From: a virus
Taxonomy: Duplodnaviria > Caudoviricetes
Strand: one strand, 5' to 3'
IMG/VR virus record: IMGVR_UViG_3300017565_000005
Span: 1 to 63,678 of that record
DNA: 63,678 nt
Below, piece by piece: positions 60,801-63,678 of the stretch. The position numbers were made by a program, and so were the translations under genes. Position 1 is the first letter of the stretch, and each line of letters begins with the position of its first letter. The notes beneath the pieces are model-generated. The model had not been told where the DNA came from, searched no databases, and was given only the letters and a program-made list of their open reading frames with translations.

Positions 60801-63678
60801 GATACCCGAAAGTCAAGATGCGTCCAATGAGGCAATGTCCATTCTGGATCAGATGGGCATGCTTCCGCTTGACAGCCCAAAACGCAGGGAACTCAAGAGC
60901 CGATTGAAGGCGCTTGTCACCGGCCATCCGACGCAGCAGCCGCAGGTTTCGCTAAATAGCGATGCGACCGCTGCACAACCGGCGCAGGAAGCGGACAATA
61001 GGACCGCGCCCGCCGTCACGCCGCGCGAAACCAGCATCACGACGCCCGAGGGTAAACCCTTGGTCGAGCTTTTCCATCCCGCCGAAGGGATGCGCGTGTG
61101 GGTGCGAAAGGATCAATGGGATGCCGGCCAGGAAAAGCTGGCCGCGTTTTCCGAATCCGGCGCGCGCCGCTTCGGATCTGGACAGAACGTACAGCGCAAG
61201 GCGCTGACCGACCCTGTGCCGGAAGCGGACGCGAAGCCGGCTGAAGTCGTTGCCGAGCCGGCCCCAGCGCCGGCCAAGCCGAAAACCGTCAGCAAGGAAG
61301 AAGCGGAACACCTGTTCGGCGTCGATCAGAAACGGGAAAAGGCGCTGGAGCGCATCGCCAAGGGCCGCGCATGGTTTGGCGATCAGAAAAAGGCGCGCGA
61401 GTTCATCGCCAAGAACGGGCTGAAAGATACGCACGCGGTCGAGCAGACCGGCGCAAAGCGGTTCGAGGTCAAGACTAAGGACACGGCGGCGGTAGACAAG
61501 GCTGCGACCGCTATAAACGAAAATATTGCCCATGCGATTGATGACGCTACTGCGCTATCGAAACTGGTAGATGACGCAAACCAGCGGACCCAAGCCGAAG
61601 TCGAATCCATCAAGCAGCAAGCACGGGACGCAGCGGAACGCGGCGCGCCACGCCGGCCACCTGCCGGTCTTGGTGAGGTATATAAGGAGGTCTGGCGGCT
61701 TGAATTTGATGATGCACGCCGCTCGAAAGATCAGCAGGCGGTTACTGGCGATGACACCGGGGCCGCGGCCAAGCGCTTCGAGGTCAAGGCGAAGGCGACG
61801 GAAGATGGCGCGGCCGCCATCCGCAAGGCCGGATCGGTTGTCTCAGAGGACGCGACGCCGGCATTAGGCGCGCTCTACCATGGATCGCCGGCTGCGTTTG
61901 AAATATTCCGCGATCCTGTAGGCGAGGATCGTAAAGGCGGTGCTGGATACGATCACCAGGGGCGCGGGATTTATCTGACGAGCGATCCGAACGGATTTGG
62001 CAGGTTCTTTGCGACGGATCCGCGCGCGAAACTTGCCATGTCCTTGCACAGCGAAGGAAAGGCCGAGGAAGCCGAAGCCGTGATGGACGGCCCCGGCTTT
62101 GTGATGGGCGTCAAGCTTGCCGACGACGCGAAGATTCTTGATGTCGAGCGCGCTCCAAAAGCGATCAAAGACCTTTTCGACCGCAGTGTTGGCGATACCG
62201 AAGTTGGCGATCAATTGCGTCAGTCGGTGATCGACGCAGGATATGACGGCATCGTTTTCAAGGAGCCGAACTATCCCGAAGGCTGGGAAGTGTCGCAAGA
62301 CGCGCGTACAGTCGTCGTCTACAAAGCCGATAAGGCGAAAATCACGGATCGCCGCGAGGCGCGTGAGTACGAACTGCCAATGGGGTGGTCGGAACGCGGT
62401 GAGGGCGGACGTACCGCCGGCGAACCAGCACCTTCTGCTGCCCAAAGTGGTGAGAAAACTGCACCAAATAAATCTGCGCCAGAACTTTTGCGCGAGGCAG
62501 TCCAGCAGCAGACCGAAAAGAAACCCGTCACGGTTACGCGCACTCCCGGCGTTACCACCATCGTTATCGACCCGAGTGCGATGTCGCCGGACCCGACCGC
62601 ACCGACCGAGCAGAATGTCGCGCCCGAGTCGAAGCCGGCTGACGATCGCTTTGCCAAGAACAAAATATTCACCACCGACAAGGTCGCGGCGGCGCGCGCG
62701 TTGATGCGCTCCAAGTTCGGGCAACTGAACAGCGGCTTTGACCCGGAAATGATGGTCGCCGGCGCGACGATCGCTGGCGCGTACATCGAATCCGGCGTGC
62801 GCGACTTTTCCGCCTACGCCAAAGCCATGATCGACGACTTTGGCGAAGGCGTGAGGCCATACCTGCTTTCGTTTTGGGAGGGCGTGCGCAGCTATCCGGG
62901 GCTGGACACCAAGGGCATGACGGATGTGGATGAGTCCCGCCGGCAGTTCGACGCCATCATCGGCGCCGAGCCCGTGAAGTCCGAGGCGGTTGGCGATGTT
63001 GTGAAAAAGCCCGCCAAGCGCACCAAGAAAACCGGCAAGGCTGTCGACCGCGTACTGACCCAGGATTGGGGTGTTGATCATATCGATGCCTATTCCGAGG
63101 AAGGCGAGCAGGTCAAAGACCAATTCATCAAGGAATCGCGTTCGTACCTGAATGCCGTGGCCGGCATCCTGATGGAGAACGGCTACACGCCGCACATGGA
63201 CAAGAAGGGTCGCCCGGAGCGCCCGGTGCGCGTCAACGAGGGTGGCATAGCGGTATCGGGCGACGTTTCCCTGGTCCTGGCCGGCCCCGGCGACGTGGGC
63301 GCATACATTAATATAGGCGGATCTGCGCTGCGCGGCGTGGTCCCGACGACGCCAAGCGGCGTTGCCATTATGTTCCGCGCGGCGCAAAATAGTGATAAAT
63401 TCGGTGTAAAAGGCACAAATCAGTGGGCACCCGTAGACCTTTCGGCGGCGGATTTCGCTGCCCTGGTCGACACCCACATTCAACGCGAGGCCAATCGAAA
63501 TGAACGACCGGCAACTACGGCAGACGCTGGATCTGGCGTTCAAGGATCGAGCGCCCAAGACGTACCGGCAAATGAAGAACCGGCGCGAACTGGCGACTTA
63601 TTTGGACAGCCTGACCGGGATGGCGATGCAGTCGATCGGCACAGCGATGAGCGAAGTGACGATGCGGGCAGCAGCGAG
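57892..63678 (+). CDS. Giant DarB-like polyvalent protein, N-terminal part (SLT transglycosylase, hydrophobic region, ART-like domain); continues across the junction to 11223
   Basis: GTG start; AARKYDV...AQQESNYN...AMGMMQY (SLT, ~58096-58440); LYHGS...GIYLT...GYDGIVF (~61870-62345); absent from the ORF track because no stop occurs before the window end. Confidence 0.9.
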   Translation, partial: MADNNTFGLNPLDRAIADTESSFEPIGIDFQRQNTPAPEIDARQADPQPKPARVSGRAAGGLAPPNALMPLFEGAARKYDVPVNVIMALAQQESNYNSQAMGSQTKWGRAMGMMQYLNSTAKGLGINPFVPEQAIDAAAMQIRQRLDKGYSIEDAVKEHFAGPDRRLWGPKTRQYGIDVMRKARALSGLYGSGADSSFLTQGPMSTVQDGPMSVPAGTDTRDLNLTMPNVQDDQDARVAAQMAELDRQDGKNYILRTNPGMIEPGNLDLNNRPVVKNDDGSISTVRSMSINMDGKEYLIPTIGLDGKVLNDDEAVENFKKTGQHLGVFENAESATKYAEKLHEQQAKQYGRPGVLTQAANDALRGFSNLKNIGVGLAALGADLVGADKTADRLLQTYMDNAADIAKNNPAVIGTYKNIKSLGDAGRYAIEAVAENLPMMVPSLLTGGIGAALAKKTAERAVTQFIEGQVSKGVARELAEKQAAKLAARRILVASGGGAALSSIGIESGNIYGDTFRETGKKAPGLSVAFGVPAGVLDAIEPVYALSKIAGPAVKQLAGGIIKRMGKEAGKQFLIEAGTEGLQSMLEAAPKSITTGKPYWTEELLDDVIDSVLKGGLAGGTFGAATAPFHGSGSGEAPAAPPAGPAVEPPAAPAPGTEQVSTAPNGDTVRWTEPSEPDTRGPLTRAMEVGENVAASKRVVVTTPAGQITGFLESLNEDGQGGFVARVLGYDGQYHQFTHNDPVKIQTEAAAMAERRAQIESQEVVDPETGEILTQEPAHAADDDGRESGAEAVATGEGGVAGAVEDAAALPESGPADTAKAKRPVRKAVPATDQASDRQPALEEPVAVEDMTAEQLAERREYLSEQAKLNGGWNKALIRERTKVESAQRKLTQSESAGNRPGDDAGNGFKVGPQDGERYRVSIVPGLGSAVALEKRLPAGTAATFYVGKDGNLIDGDDVDVSKESSRSRVWIPESQDASNEAMSILDQMGMLPLDSPKRRELKSRLKALVTGHPTQQPQVSLNSDATAAQPAQEADNRTAPAVTPRETSITTPEGKPLVELFHPAEGMRVWVRKDQWDAGQEKLAAFSESGARRFGSGQNVQRKALTDPVPEADAKPAEVVAEPAPAPAKPKTVSKEEAEHLFGVDQKREKALERIAKGRAWFGDQKKAREFIAKNGLKDTHAVEQTGAKRFEVKTKDTAAVDKAATAINENIAHAIDDATALSKLVDDANQRTQAEVESIKQQARDAAERGAPRRPPAGLGEVYKEVWRLEFDDARRSKDQQAVTGDDTGAAAKRFEVKAKATEDGAAAIRKAGSVVSEDATPALGALYHGSPAAFEIFRDPVGEDRKGGAGYDHQGRGIYLTSDPNGFGRFFATDPRAKLAMSLHSEGKAEEAEAVMDGPGFVMGVKLADDAKILDVERAPKAIKDLFDRSVGDTEVGDQLRQSVIDAGYDGIVFKEPNYPEGWEVSQDARTVVVYKADKAKITDRREAREYELPMGWSERGEGGRTAGEPAPSAAQSGEKTAPNKSAPELLREAVQQQTEKKPVTVTRTPGVTTIVIDPSAMSPDPTAPTEQNVAPESKPADDRFAKNKIFTTDKVAAARALMRSKFGQLNSGFDPEMMVAGATIAGAYIESGVRDFSAYAKAMIDDFGEGVRPYLLSFWEGVRSYPGLDTKGMTDVDESRRQFDAIIGAEPVKSEAVGDVVKKPAKRTKKTGKAVDRVLTQDWGVDHIDAYSEEGEQVKDQFIKESRSYLNAVAGILMENGYTPHMDKKGRPERPVRVNEGGIAVSGDVSLVLAGPGDVGAYINIGGSALRGVVPTTPSGVAIMFRAAQNSDKFGVKGTNQWAPVDLSAADFAALVDTHIQREANRNERPATTADAGSGVQGSSAQDVPANEEPARTGDLFGQPDRDGDAVDRHSDERSDDAGSSE
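60224..60415 (+). CDS. Nested +1-frame 63-aa gene inside the giant gene
   Basis: CAGGAG SD 7 nt before ATG; genome-typical codons in frame 2 while frame 1 wobble turns A/T. Confidence 0.6.
   Translation: MQQMMMDVNQALRLLRQVKAVSPAQSKMLLRCLRAGRPIPPRLNGLCEKLYLLQIKPPTDSRH
63500..63678 (+). CDS. Nested TnpV-like gene, 5' part (ends at 373)
   Basis: GAGG SD 9 nt before ATG; MNDRQLRQTLDLAFKDRAPKTYRQMKNRREL. Confidence 0.65.
   Translation, partial: MNDRQLRQTLDLAFKDRAPKTYRQMKNRRELATYLDSLTGMAMQSIGTAMSEVTMRAAA
63556..63678. repeat. Terminal direct repeat (assembly overlap), identical to 1-123
   Basis: Exact sequence identity. Confidence 0.97.

Noticed and set aside
61571-61867. Additional nested frame-2 ORF and an AAGGAGG at ~61684
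   Set aside because: The product is Arg/Ser-rich shadow-like sequence and no well-supported ORF follows the SD-like motif

Overview
The window is a complete, circularly assembled temperate phage genome of 63,555 unique bp; bases 1-123 are repeated exactly at 63556-63678. Its organisation resembles the Bcep22-like podoviruses. It has a P22-like portal, an N4-gp56-type major capsid protein, two tail fibres, internal virion proteins, a holin/SAR endolysin/spanin cassette, a tyrosine integrase with attP, a repressor/Cro switch, and lambdoid replication and Sak4 recombination genes. A giant DarB-like polyvalent gene crosses the assembly junction (57892 to 63555, then 1 to 11223; about 5,628 aa). 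It encodes transglycosylase, two ADP-ribosyltransferase-like, methyltransferase, SNF2 helicase and zincin domains. Five things stand out. (1) Two or three apparently real genes are nested in the +1 frame of the giant gene, one of them TnpV-like. (2) A phage CsrA homologue occurs together with GGA-loop hairpins in the lysis and capsid leaders and an AAGGAAAGGA motif before ten start codons, suggesting a self-contained translational control circuit. (3) A counter-oriented cassette inside the head operon carries an attenuator-like leader, an array of C4-like structured RNAs and a non-canonical tRNA-Ser. (4) A 17-bp operator is dispersed in nine copies. (5) A four-copy structured intergenic element occurs in the early operon. 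All family assignments come from motif recognition by eye; no database search was run.
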